DNA from: a virus
DNA: 64,000 nucleotides
IMG/VR virus record: IMGVR_UViG_3300037782_000115
Span: 43,113-107,112 of that record
Direction: 5' to 3' (one strand)
Positions within the stretch are counted from its first letter, which is position 1. Each line of letters opens with the position of its first letter. The notes beneath the pieces were generated by a model. That model searched no databases and was not told the DNA's origin. It worked only from the letters and a program-made list of their open reading frames with translations. A program made the position numbers and the translations under genes. This document shows, piece by piece, positions 37,877 to 47,098 of this stretch.

Positions 37877-37963
37877 GAAGTGGGCAAGGCCAGGCGAGAA
37901 GGAGAAGCCGATGCCTCAGACACCGAATGGACTCTCGGCGCCAGCGAAAGGGGATGTCTCGCG

Positions 37964-38437
37964 ATGAAGACCGCGTGGCACATGTCGGGGTGGGTGGCGA
38001 TCGCGACGGTTATGGCGACGGCCACGGCGGCCGCGAGCATCAGCATTGATGGATCCGTGACCAGGGCGGTTATGATGGCGGTGGTCGCGTTCAGCATCAT
38101 CGGGATGTTTGAGTCGATGGTGAACAAGACCAGGTCCTACCCGGTTTATATGGCGATCGTCTGGTTCAACAACGCCAGGTTCGTCTCTGAGGTGGCTGGC
38201 GCCGGTCCGGTGTGGTCGGTCGTAATCGGCGCCGTGGCGCTCCTGCTGGCGGCGTGGTTCGGAGTGATGTATCTTTACGCCAGCAGGTCGCACACCGAAG
38301 GCGACGGCGGAGACCATCAATGCTCAGAATCACCGGACAGCTGGCCACAATCAGGTGCCCACAGTGTAATGGGGTCGGCCGGGTGCCGATGGACCAGACG
38401 TACACAGTCAGAACGGGAACACCCGGCACACCACTGA
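37964..38437 (+). CDS. Multi-pass membrane protein
   Basis: 3-4 hydrophobic segments. Confidence 0.55.
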   Translation: MKTAWHMSGWVAIATVMATATAAASISIDGSVTRAVMMAVVAFSIIGMFESMVNKTRSYPVYMAIVWFNNARFVSEVAGAGPVWSVVIGAVALLLAAWFGVMYLYASRSHTEGDGGDHQCSESPDSWPQSGAHSVMGSAGCRWTRRTQSEREHPAHH

Positions 38438-38520
38438 GCAATCCCGGCGCAGGGTCGCCGATACCATGCCCGACGTGCAGGGGCAAGAAGGAGATCCCCG
38501 CCGAAGAGGAGCGCCCCTGA
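38320..38520 (+). CDS. Small DnaJ-type zinc-finger protein
   Basis: CPQCNGVG...CPTCRG; GGAG RBS. Confidence 0.55.
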   Translation: MLRITGQLATIRCPQCNGVGRVPMDQTYTVRTGTPGTPLSNPGAGSPIPCPTCRGKKEIPAEEERP

Positions 38521-38750
38521 TGGCCAGTGACAGCGGAACACAAACACAGCCAGGCAGCGTGATACTGATCACCACCTACAGAGTCGCCGGGAACGGCAGG
38601 AAAGAGAAGGCTGGCGAGCAGAAGTGCCTTGTGGTTAAACGAGAAGAACTGGACGACACGATGCTGTGTATGCCCATAAACGTGTCGGGGGAGCTCGGAC
38701 AACCCAGGTGGTACCACGCGCCGAGTACAGATTACAAACATGTTGCCTAA
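38520..38750 (+). CDS. Hypothetical protein
   Basis: GAGGAG RBS; TGATG overlap. Confidence 0.5.
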   Translation: MASDSGTQTQPGSVILITTYRVAGNGRKEKAGEQKCLVVKREELDDTMLCMPINVSGELGQPRWYHAPSTDYKHVA

Positions 38751-38853
38751 TGGCACACAAAAAGGACCACAACCGCCGATACACGTGCGTCTAGTGTTGT
38801 GGCGGGGCGTCCGTCTACACCGATAACACCAACTCGTGCGGGACGGACTGATA

Positions 38854-39459
38854 ATGTTTTGGGACTCACTCTTACAGCATTGGCAATCAGCGGCCCTTAT
38901 CGCCGGCGCAATCGGGTTCTTCATCGCACTCAGGGGCTTTGGCGAGTTTGTCAGACAGTTCAGCATGACCCAGGTCGAGATGCTGCGGGCGATCGTCAAA
39001 AACGAGGCGGTCGAGATCAAGCAGCACGCCGAGCAGGCGGTTATCAGAACCAATGGCTACCCGGCTCTGTGCTTGCAGAATTCCCCCTTTCCATTCTGGT
39101 ACAAGGAATACGTCGGCGGCGGCTTCGTGATGAAGAGCATCAACCCGGCGTACACCAAGCTGTTTGGCGTCACCCAAGAGGAGTACGTCGGCAAGTCCGA
39201 CGATGCGCTGTGGCCGAAGGCCACCGCCGAGATGATGAGAACCAACGACCAGACGGTCTACGTGACCGGTCGACAGCTCAGAACGATCGAGAGCCTGCCG
39301 GACAACCCCGCAGACCCGAACTCGCCAATGACGCAATGGCTGGTTGTTAAATACCCGGTGCCATCATCTGAGGGCGGCATCAAGGGTGTAGCCGGCACCT
39401 GCTACCCGCTGGAAAAATTCGACAAGATCATCGTCTCGACCCTGCCCTCGATCATCTAG
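38854..39459 (+). CDS. Membrane-anchored PAS-domain protein
   Basis: N-terminal TM; NSPFPFWYKE...INPAYTKLFG...YVGKSDDALWP..TA....ND..V...G..., VVKYPV...GVAG (PAS_4-like). Confidence 0.8.
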   Translation: MFWDSLLQHWQSAALIAGAIGFFIALRGFGEFVRQFSMTQVEMLRAIVKNEAVEIKQHAEQAVIRTNGYPALCLQNSPFPFWYKEYVGGGFVMKSINPAYTKLFGVTQEEYVGKSDDALWPKATAEMMRTNDQTVYVTGRQLRTIESLPDNPADPNSPMTQWLVVKYPVPSSEGGIKGVAGTCYPLEKFDKIIVSTLPSII

Positions 39460-39466
39460 ACCGCTG

Positions 39467-39495
39467 TTGACATACCAGTCCGAAACCAGTACGAT
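39467..39495 (+). promoter_or_regulatory. Sigma70-like promoter
   Basis: TTGACA-N17-TACGAT. Confidence 0.7.
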
Positions 39496-39543
39496 CGAAC
39501 GCTTCAATCACAAGCGCGGATCTGCTGCGTAACGGAGAAAGGT

Positions 39544-41133
39544 ATGAAATCAACAGGCCTGATCGTCGACAACTTTGCTGGCGCCGGTGGCGCGAGCGTG
39601 GGCATCGAGAGCGCTATGGGAAGGAAGGTCGATTACGCGATCAACCACGACCCAGAGGCGATAGAGACCCACGTTGCGAATCACCCGAACACCAAGCACT
39701 TGATCGAGGATGTCTTCGATGTCGACCCGCGTGAGCTATGTGCTGGGCGACCGGTCGACCTAGCCTGGTTCAGCCCAGACTGCACACACCATTCACGAGC
39801 AAAAGGCGGCAAGCCACGCGACAACAAGCGGCGAGGTCTCGCGTGGGTTGTCATTCGGTGGGCCGCAACAGTTCGTCCCAAAGTCATCATGCTCGAGAAT
39901 GTCCCGGAGTTCCAGACGTGGGGCCCGCTCAACAGCGACGGACAGCCGTGCAAACGCCGGACTGGAGAAACATTTAGGTCGTGGGTCGGCGAGCTGCGCC
40001 AACTCGGGTACGACGTGCAATGGCGAGAGCTCGTTGCCGCAGACTATGGCGCACCGACGATCCGCAAACGACTCTTTCTCGTCGCCAGGTGCGACGGCGA
40101 ACCGATCCGGTGGCCGACGCCGACGCACGCGCCGCGCCACAAGGCGGTCGTTCTTGGCCTTGAGCCATGGAGGTCGGCGGCAGACTGCATTGACTGGTCG
40201 CTCCCGATGCTCTCGATCTTTGCCACGCCGGACGAGGCCAAAGAGTGGGCCAGGGCCAACGGGGTGTCGGCGCCAAGGCGTCCGCTCGCAGACGCAACGC
40301 TGCGTCGCATCGCCCGGGGCGTGATGCGGTTTGTTGTCGAGTCGGATGACCCGTTCGTAGTGACGTACGCGCAGCATGGTGGATCATCACGCAGCCCATC
40401 AGAGCCGATGCACACGATCACAGCCAGCGGCAAGGACCAGAACTGCATCGCAGTCCCAACCCTGATCCAGACCGGGCACGGCGAGAGAAAAGGTCAGAAG
40501 CCGCGCAGCCTCGACATACACGCCCCCCTCGGCACCTGTGTCGCCGGTGGGTGCAAGCACGGCCTGGTGTCGGCGATGTTGTCCAAGCACAACGGAAAGA
40601 CCACGGGGCAGAGGGCGTCAGATCCGCTTCACACCATCGCCGGCAACATCAACAAAAGTCTTGTCGCCTGCTCTCTCGAGAAGATGCGTGGCACTGGCCG
40701 CGGCGGCAGCCTGCGAGAACCTGCGCCTACGCAGACCGCGGGAGGAAACCACGCCGGCCTCGTGTGCGCGTTCTTGCAGAAGTATTACGGCAGCACAAAA
40801 GATGGCGCCCCAATGGATTCTCCGATGCACACAGTGTCGTGCACCGATAGATTCGGACTGGTCACCGTGGCCGGGCATGACTACATGATCGGCGATATTT
40901 CAATGAGGATGCTACAACCGCACGAGCTGTTGAAGGCTCAGTTCGGACGATTCGCCAGTGGCTACACATTGCTCGGCACCAAACGCAGGCAGGTGTCGTC
41001 CGTGGGCAACAGCGTATGCCCAGAGGTTGCGTACGCACTCGTATCGGCGAACTTCTTGAGGAACAACGTGTCATCTCATGTCGGAATCCACGCAGATGCG
41101 AAGTCGCCCACGGCAAAGCAGGTGATCTCATGA
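39544..41133 (+). CDS. C5 cytosine DNA methyltransferase (phage type with a long variable region)
   Basis: DNFAGAGG, SPDC, ENV, R.RLF, GNSV. Confidence 0.95.
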   Translation: MKSTGLIVDNFAGAGGASVGIESAMGRKVDYAINHDPEAIETHVANHPNTKHLIEDVFDVDPRELCAGRPVDLAWFSPDCTHHSRAKGGKPRDNKRRGLAWVVIRWAATVRPKVIMLENVPEFQTWGPLNSDGQPCKRRTGETFRSWVGELRQLGYDVQWRELVAADYGAPTIRKRLFLVARCDGEPIRWPTPTHAPRHKAVVLGLEPWRSAADCIDWSLPMLSIFATPDEAKEWARANGVSAPRRPLADATLRRIARGVMRFVVESDDPFVVTYAQHGGSSRSPSEPMHTITASGKDQNCIAVPTLIQTGHGERKGQKPRSLDIHAPLGTCVAGGCKHGLVSAMLSKHNGKTTGQRASDPLHTIAGNINKSLVACSLEKMRGTGRGGSLREPAPTQTAGGNHAGLVCAFLQKYYGSTKDGAPMDSPMHTVSCTDRFGLVTVAGHDYMIGDISMRMLQPHELLKAQFGRFASGYTLLGTKRRQVSSVGNSVCPEVAYALVSANFLRNNVSSHVGIHADAKSPTAKQVIS

Positions 41134-41777
41134 CCGAGATCAAGATCCCAGAGCACCTGTCGGGTAACAGGCGATATCGCGGGCTGCCGGTGCCGAGAGT
41201 TGTCGCGGCGTCAGCCCGCGGCAGAATCGTCCTGGCCCCATCAACATGGAACAACTACGACCTGATGACGATGTGGGAAGCCGAGGATGGACCGCCCGAC
41301 TTCGGGAAATACGACGAAGAGCTCCAGCGCAGGAGTGTCGCCGAGTGTTGGTGTCACGTTTGCGGCAGGAAGGAGAAAGAACTCCTGATCTGCGCACCGA
41401 GTGATCCAAGCCAGATTACTGTTGCGGGGAGCGCCGTGTACGTGTGCGTTCAACCGTGGGTCTGTGCACCGTGTCTGGCGTTCTCGATCCTCGTCTGCGG
41501 TCCGATCAGGAAGGCGATCAAGGAGAACCGCGGCGCGGTGTTTGCCAACATCGATCACGCTGGGATTGTCCAGACCAGATGGAAGCCCGCATTGCCAGAA
41601 GATCCAGTGCCGCCCGAAGGCGCAAGAGTGCTGTCGGCCCACAAAATCATGCTGCGGGGCGAGAGAGGGAAGTACCCATGTGTTCAAACCCTGCCACTGT
41701 GGGCATCAACAGTGGCCAGGAGGTATCACCGAAAGTGGTCTCGCGACAGCGGCCTAGAGACGTTACAATCACCGTGA
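41130..41777 (+). CDS. Hypothetical phage protein with CxxC motifs
   Basis: RGLPVP...PDFG...CHVCG...C..C. Confidence 0.6.
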   Translation: MTEIKIPEHLSGNRRYRGLPVPRVVAASARGRIVLAPSTWNNYDLMTMWEAEDGPPDFGKYDEELQRRSVAECWCHVCGRKEKELLICAPSDPSQITVAGSAVYVCVQPWVCAPCLAFSILVCGPIRKAIKENRGAVFANIDHAGIVQTRWKPALPEDPVPPEGARVLSAHKIMLRGERGKYPCVQTLPLWASTVARRYHRKWSRDSGLETLQSP

Positions 41778-42012
41778 CCAGTTGGCGGGCACACGAGGAG
41801 GGGAGTGTTATGATCACGGCTGCCAAAATGAGATCGATTGCTGGAAGGTGCGCGAGCGACAGGAGGTGCGAGCAGACCTTTGGTGATTGCCAGAACCGTT
41901 CGTGGTGGGTTGCCCGGGTCATGGCCAGGGGCAGGCGCGGTGTGCCAGGCAGGGTGGACTCGCCCAGGGGCAAGGCTGTGGCGGGGGAGCGCGAGACAAG
42001 CCTGTCACACAC

Positions 42013-42041
42013 TTGACGAATACAGCACGGACGATTACAGT
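42013..42041 (+). promoter_or_regulatory. Sigma70-like promoter for the tRNA
   Basis: TTGACG-N17-TACAGT, 9 nt before the tRNA. Confidence 0.6.
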
Positions 42042-42050
42042 ACGATAGAC

Positions 42051-42124
42051 AGCGGGGTGGAGCAGTTCGGTAGCTTGCTGGGCTCATAACCCGGAGGTCG
42101 CGGGTTCAAATCCCGCCCCCGCTA
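42051..42124 (+). tRNA. tRNA-Met (CAT), initiator-like
   Basis: Cloverleaf with AGCGGGG/CCCCGCT acceptor stem, GGG/CCC anticodon stem, CTCATAA loop and TTCAAAT T-loop; CCA not encoded. Confidence 0.93.
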
Positions 42125-42187
42125 TTTCAGAGATACGCAGGAAGGCATGACAATCAAGCCACACCATTCGGTGAAGGGGTAAACAAG

Positions 42188-42532
42188 ATGCTCAGCGAAT
42201 TCGACATGAGTAAGCTTGGCGAGATCGACGAAGGTCGTCCGCTGATGATGATTCAGAAGGCGATCAAGTCGGCGACACAAGACTGTGTGAACAGACCTGG
42301 ACTGTCGAAAACCCGCAAGATCAACATCACCCTCGAGCTCACTCCGATCTGCTCAGAAGACGGCGTGTGCGAAGAGGTTGACGTGGAGGTTGTTTCAAGC
42401 GCGTCAATCCCAAAGTCGAGATCCAAGCCGGTCAACATGAGGCCGCACGTGCGGGGCAGCCTCTTGTTCAATAACCAGTCTCAGGACGACGTGCATCAAC
42501 ACACCATCGACGAGCTCGGCAAGCAAGACTGA
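42188..42532 (+). CDS. Conserved phage hypothetical protein
   Basis: RKINITLELTP pattern; paired with the next gene. Confidence 0.65.
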   Translation: MLSEFDMSKLGEIDEGRPLMMIQKAIKSATQDCVNRPGLSKTRKINITLELTPICSEDGVCEEVDVEVVSSASIPKSRSKPVNMRPHVRGSLLFNNQSQDDVHQHTIDELGKQD

Positions 42533-42585
42533 GAAACAGAAAGTTTGATCATCACTCAAGGGCAACACGCCAGTTGGAGATCACA

Positions 42586-43398
42586 ATGTCAGCAAACGAA
42601 GATCAGGGTCACAACGTACGCGGGCTAACGGAGCCGGCAATCCGATCCATCGCCAGCCTTGTCGCCGGATCAATGAAGCCGACAACGTACAAATACCCTG
42701 GTGTAGACGAGCGGGTCGGCACCGTCGACAAAGAAGGTGTAATCACAGACCAAGTATGGGTGCCGCCAAGGCGATACATGGCCGAATCCGTCGACGGCCT
42801 TGTTTCCATGCTCGAAGACCTGTCGGATGTTCATGAGGACATCAGGATCTTTGTCGGCCCCGAAGAGGTTGTTGCCATCCTGGGCGAGCGGGGGCACAGG
42901 CAGGACCGGATCATCATGCCGCTTAAAACGTGTGAATCATACCATTTCATCAAGGACGGCGTGAGGGTCACGCAGCAGGAGTTTGTATTCAAACTCCGAA
43001 CGCTGTACAGCGGCAATTACTCACCGGACACGCTGCTTCCGACCATCCGAAGCCTCAAGCTCAAGAAGACGGCGAGCGGCACCGCGAGGGTTGAGCATGG
43101 CAGCGAAACGGTTGACCACGAGATTGAGGCGATGATCCGTGGCGAAAACGGCGACATCCCGGACGAGATCACACTCAACACGCCGGTCTACAAACAGATC
43201 GCGATGGCTACGCCGAACGAGAAGCAGGTCATCCGGTGCGCGCTGCAACCGAATGTCGAAGACAAGACCTTCACGATCCAGCCTCTCGAGGGGGAGGTTA
43301 TCCGAGCCGCGAAAGGCGCCAGAGACCGAATTGTGATGGCTCTGAAAAACGTGGGTCTCACGGGCGCGAAGATCTACGTCGACGCGAAGTACAACTAG
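42586..43398 (+). CDS. Phage hypothetical protein (DUF2303-like neighbourhood)
   Basis: GGAG RBS; 270 aa. Confidence 0.6.
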   Translation: MSANEDQGHNVRGLTEPAIRSIASLVAGSMKPTTYKYPGVDERVGTVDKEGVITDQVWVPPRRYMAESVDGLVSMLEDLSDVHEDIRIFVGPEEVVAILGERGHRQDRIIMPLKTCESYHFIKDGVRVTQQEFVFKLRTLYSGNYSPDTLLPTIRSLKLKKTASGTARVEHGSETVDHEIEAMIRGENGDIPDEITLNTPVYKQIAMATPNEKQVIRCALQPNVEDKTFTIQPLEGEVIRAAKGARDRIVMALKNVGLTGAKIYVDAKYN

Positions 43399-43406
43399 CT
43401 TTGTTC

Positions 43407-43582
43407 GCGCGGGAGCGGGGCATGGTGTCCGGGGAGAGCCCGGAACGCACGTTGTAGAGGTGTTCATGAAACACCCCGCCGAAGCGCTTTGAAGAGGGAA
43501 CACGCCTGACCTTCTTGGCCAGTTCGAAGCGAAAGCACCGTCATGGCCGGCGAAATGGCGCGACAGCCGGGAGAGACCGGCA
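43407..43582 (+). ncRNA. Candidate structured ncRNA
   Basis: Nested stems GCGGGG/CCCCGC, TCCGGG/CCCGGA, GGTGTT/AACACC, CGCTTTGAA/TTCGAAGCG and terminal GCCGG-GAGAGA-CCGGC. Confidence 0.45.
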
Positions 43583-43585
43583 TTT

Positions 43586-43705
43586 GCCTCGGGGCGCATG
43601 GGTACGCGCCACGCACGGACGGCAGCGGGTGAGGGTTAACAACCCCCGCGTGAGGAAAGCCGATAGCCCCGTGTCTCATCACAGGTTCGAGTCCTGTCCG
43701 AGGCG
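43586..43705 (+). ncRNA. tRNA-like RNA with an enlarged anticodon domain
   Basis: 7-bp acceptor GCCTCGG/CCGAGGC, T-arm ACAGG-TTCGAGT-CCTGT, D-like hairpin, about 70-nt central insert. Confidence 0.6.
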
Positions 43706-43764
43706 TTATGTCGACACGCACCAGGCCTCACAGGTCGACTGGTGCTGATCCGGTAGCCACCCGC

Positions 43765-43804
43765 GAACGCCGCCTGCTTCTTTGTTGAGGCAGGCGGCGT
43801 TCTT
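43765..43804 (+). terminator. Strong hairpin, possible terminator
   Basis: 15-bp stem GAACGCCGCCTGCTT/AGGCAGGCGGCGTTC. Confidence 0.5.
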
Positions 43805-43831
43805 GAGTGTGCCGCACAAGAACAGTACGAT
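43803..43831 (+). promoter_or_regulatory. Sigma70-like promoter
   Basis: TTGAGT-N17-TACGAT upstream of 43858. Confidence 0.5.
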
Positions 43832-43857
43832 GCAGACGGTCGTCGAGAGGAGGATGT

Positions 43858-44676
43858 ATGCAAAGGCACGTCACGTGGTTCTACGACACGGTACCGTTCT
43901 ACAAAACAACGGTCGGCAACGCTCGGTGTGTCTATGGACTCCGTGCTGACGTCCGACACAGGACCGACCCGCTGAACCTCATGCATGACCAAAACGCGCT
44001 GATCTCGGCGATGGCGATGATCGCGCTCCTGCCAGACACAACCTTCTGTCTGCACACAGCACACCCGGACCGGCTTGAGGCCATGATGACCGCGGCCGAT
44101 TTCCAGCACAAGCTTTTGGTCGCATCGAGTGCGCATGTAGAAAATGCACCGTGTCTGCTGCCGAGGCAGTGCCGTCTGATTGAACAACTATCGCACGGAT
44201 CCACCTATCACGGTCTCCCAGGAAGCAGCCCAGACTCGGCCGTGCCCGGATTCTTGCCCCTCCCAAACCTGATGCTCGGCGTTGAAATCGATGACGACGA
44301 GGAAATGGGTGCGGCGAGAGTGAGCAGCCTGTGCCGTACTCCGGCGTCGTGCCGCTACTTGCTGGTTTACAAAGACACGGGGCCGCTCTGCCAGGCCAGG
44401 CGAGTCGGCGAAGAAACACTGGTTTCATACGCATTCACCGAAGGAACCGGCGGTTCGCTACCAAACCTGCACGCCGTCGGCGTGGTTGGCGGCGCAATGG
44501 ACCTGGACAGATACAAGGCGTGGGAACAAGCCATGCGCAACACGGGCGCGGTCCTGCTGGACTGTGCAGAGCACGTTTTTGGAGAGCCGCACACCAGCGG
44601 CAGAGGGGAAACGAACAATGGAAAGACTCCCAAGACAGCTGCCGATGAGTCAGAGGCAGAAGTACGCAGAGATTGA
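43858..44676 (+). CDS. Gp37/Gp68 (DUF5131)-like protein, degenerate
   Basis: P.TTF.LHT.HPDRL, LPLPNLMLGV, RV..L..TPA..R.L; GAGGAGG RBS. Confidence 0.55.
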   Translation: MQRHVTWFYDTVPFYKTTVGNARCVYGLRADVRHRTDPLNLMHDQNALISAMAMIALLPDTTFCLHTAHPDRLEAMMTAADFQHKLLVASSAHVENAPCLLPRQCRLIEQLSHGSTYHGLPGSSPDSAVPGFLPLPNLMLGVEIDDDEEMGAARVSSLCRTPASCRYLLVYKDTGPLCQARRVGEETLVSYAFTEGTGGSLPNLHAVGVVGGAMDLDRYKAWEQAMRNTGAVLLDCAEHVFGEPHTSGRGETNNGKTPKTAADESEAEVRRD

Positions 44677-44992
44677 GGAGCTCGTTCTCGAATACTTCGG
44701 CGTGAGCGCGGAGGTGTTCTCGAGCAGAACCCGCGGCAAGCGCGAGGTTGCGGCCAGGCGGATGGTCGCAGAACTCAGCCGCAAAAGAGCTAAAATTGCC
44801 TACCCCAAGCTTTCCAGTCTTATGTCCAGAAACCACTCGTCTGTGATCACCAGCAGGAACGCGTTGGCGGAACTGGTGAAAAAGAAGGCCAAAATGGACA
44901 TAGGGCACGAGTCAGACGGATTGACGTGGCTGGAAGTGTACTTTGTCCTTGAGGCCGAGTATGAGAGGCGAACGGGTGATACAGATAAGTAG
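44618..44992 (+). CDS. DnaA C-terminal (domain IV) HTH protein
   Basis: IEELVLEYFGVS...SSRTR...VAARRM...L.R....YPKL..LM.RNHSSVI matches the Bac_DnaA_C pattern. Confidence 0.8.
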   Translation: MERLPRQLPMSQRQKYAEIEELVLEYFGVSAEVFSSRTRGKREVAARRMVAELSRKRAKIAYPKLSSLMSRNHSSVITSRNALAELVKKKAKMDIGHESDGLTWLEVYFVLEAEYERRTGDTDK

Positions 44993-45527
44993 GCCGACGC
45001 CGAAAGCAGCGCACATGAAGGCAAGTCTCTCACAACAAGCGGTGAACACGTCCATCATGTCAATCGGCATAAGGTTAGGCAAATCACTCGGAGCCGCCGC
45101 GGCTAGGCATGTCGACTGCCACCTCATGCGCGAGCTCAACGTCCTCCCGAGATACAGAGACACCGAGGACGCACTAGACCTGCTTGCAAAGAAGATACTT
45201 CGGGATGAGTACGAGGCCGAGGTCATCCCCAGGATGTACGAGGCATCACACGAGACCGATGCGTACTCGAAGAAGACAATCGCAGGGACTATCACTTCCG
45301 AATCAGTGAGCGACAGAAAATCCCGGGAGGCGGCCAGGGAAGGCCTCCTGTCCGAGATCGCGATGTACAAACACTACGCGAGACAGAAAGATGAGACGAT
45401 TCTGAAAAAGAAGATCCATGTCGTAAAAGCCAGAAAAGAGTTGTGGCGAACCTGTCCGAAGGTTCCGAAGCAGTTCCAATACGGCGGTGTGCCGGAGGTG
45501 TGCATGCCACTCAGGAGATCGGTCTAG
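44976..45527 (+). CDS. Hypothetical protein (start uncertain)
   Basis: Operon packing. Confidence 0.5.
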   Translation: MIQISRPTPKAAHMKASLSQQAVNTSIMSIGIRLGKSLGAAAARHVDCHLMRELNVLPRYRDTEDALDLLAKKILRDEYEAEVIPRMYEASHETDAYSKKTIAGTITSESVSDRKSREAAREGLLSEIAMYKHYARQKDETILKKKIHVVKARKELWRTCPKVPKQFQYGGVPEVCMPLRRSV

Positions 45528-45532
45528 GCCCG

Positions 45533-45540
45533 CGTCTAAT
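45533..45540 (+). promoter_or_regulatory. CGTCTAAT motif (candidate late promoter)
   Basis: Intergenic, before 45568. Confidence 0.5.
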
Positions 45541-45567
45541 ATCGGTGACCCAAGACGGAGAGACCGA

Positions 45568-47091
45568 ATGGCCAGCACCGGCGGAAAGACAATGCTCGGG
45601 TTCACCAGAAGCGGACTGGCGAGCCATCTCAATACCGGCTATGCCCGGGTCCTCTTCGTGGGCGACCAAACAACAGACCCGGACTTTGGCGATCTTTCGA
45701 CCAACGGACAGGCTCACGGCCTGGCAAAGATGATCTGGAGCCGGTTTCGGCCCACCGAGGTGGTCGGCCACTGCTTCTGGCACAGCAGCGGCAACGTCGG
45801 CAGCGACGGAAATCTCATGATCACCGGATCGCCGCCATCATCGACAGCCACAATCAGAAGAGGAAACGGGTCGGATATCACTGGTCCGTACACGGCCAAC
45901 GAGACCTTTAGCAAGGGCGGCAGGAGCTTTGCGCCTGGCAGCTTGTCGGATAGATGGATCAACGGGTCGGCCTTCACAAGCACGAACATGGGTGGGCCGG
46001 CGCTAGACGAGAGCTACCCGGCCACGATGGACAAGTCGTGGTTCGACCGTGTCGACGTGAATGTCAGCTTCGGTCTCTGGAGAGAAGCTGATGGCAGCCC
46101 CAACGTCGACATTCGGGCCGCGAGAAAGAACGACGCCCTGACGGCGACCTATGGGACCGTGCTGCTAGATGGGGCGAACCTGACCCAGAACCAGGGCCAG
46201 GTCCTCGTGACGCTGAACAAGACGATTCCTGGAGAGATCGGCACCTCTGATAAGAAGTGGCCATATCTCAACATGATCACGATCGGCGCGCAGGCACAAA
46301 AGAGTGTGATCATGACCGCCTGCCGGATGTGGAAGGCCGGCGCCATCACGTCTGGTATCGAAACCAGCTTCTTCGGCGGTCCGGGCTACCCACCAGAGTC
46401 GTTCCTTGACGAGACAGACCCAGCCAGGGAGCTTATGGGAGTTACCAACCCCATCACAGATGGGTACGCCCACTGCAACGACACACACCTCGCGCCGTTC
46501 CTGTCGGTGTACGGCTGGCCAACGGTTCTCTGGATCCGCTTGGGTCACAACTCGCCGAATGCGGCAAGATCAAAGGCCGCGGCACTCAAAGAGACCTACC
46601 AGCGGATCGTCGAGCGGTTCGCCGCGGCCTACCGGGCCAACGGCAAAGACATCCCGTGGTTCGTGCTCGAGACGCCATACGCCTGTCCCGCGCTGTCCAT
46701 CGACCAGCACGATGCCTATCTCTCGGTGGTCGTCAACCTGCACAACAACGGGACGCCCGGCCACGATGCGCCGCCCGGCTCGCCATACTCCACATACCCA
46801 CCTGTGCCATCGAGCAAGATCGCGATCATCAACCGGAGACAGATACTGGTTGATGATGGCGCGAGGCCTGGCGTCTGGGACGCCAACGGCGTCTTTATCG
46901 CGAACGGCAGCGGGGGAACCGGCCTGGTCAACACAACCCAGAACTCGCTGTCTGGGGCGGTAGCCCAAGAGGACCTTCTGATCAGCCTTCTCGAAAACCC
47001 GGTGGTAGACACAAAGCCGTTCACGGGTGTCGCTGACATCACTGATTCGCCAGAGGCCAAACACCGTCTGAATGTGACCGGCAAAAGGTAG
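45568..47091 (+). CDS. Putative virion protein with an SGNH-like fold
   Basis: VLFVGDQ block I-like motif and IRLGHN block III-like motif; Gly/Thr/Ser-rich. Confidence 0.5.
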   Translation: MASTGGKTMLGFTRSGLASHLNTGYARVLFVGDQTTDPDFGDLSTNGQAHGLAKMIWSRFRPTEVVGHCFWHSSGNVGSDGNLMITGSPPSSTATIRRGNGSDITGPYTANETFSKGGRSFAPGSLSDRWINGSAFTSTNMGGPALDESYPATMDKSWFDRVDVNVSFGLWREADGSPNVDIRAARKNDALTATYGTVLLDGANLTQNQGQVLVTLNKTIPGEIGTSDKKWPYLNMITIGAQAQKSVIMTACRMWKAGAITSGIETSFFGGPGYPPESFLDETDPARELMGVTNPITDGYAHCNDTHLAPFLSVYGWPTVLWIRLGHNSPNAARSKAAALKETYQRIVERFAAAYRANGKDIPWFVLETPYACPALSIDQHDAYLSVVVNLHNNGTPGHDAPPGSPYSTYPPVPSSKIAIINRRQILVDDGARPGVWDANGVFIANGSGGTGLVNTTQNSLSGAVAQEDLLISLLENPVVDTKPFTGVADITDSPEAKHRLNVTGKR

Positions 47092-47098
47092 TCCCGAC

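Noticed and set aside
43459-43475. Third parS-like site (TGTTCATGAAACA)
   Set aside because: It lacks the central CACGTG and the correct length; better explained as an RNA hairpin
43586-43705. tmRNA
   Set aside because: Too short, no alanine G3:U70 acceptor identity and no tag ORF
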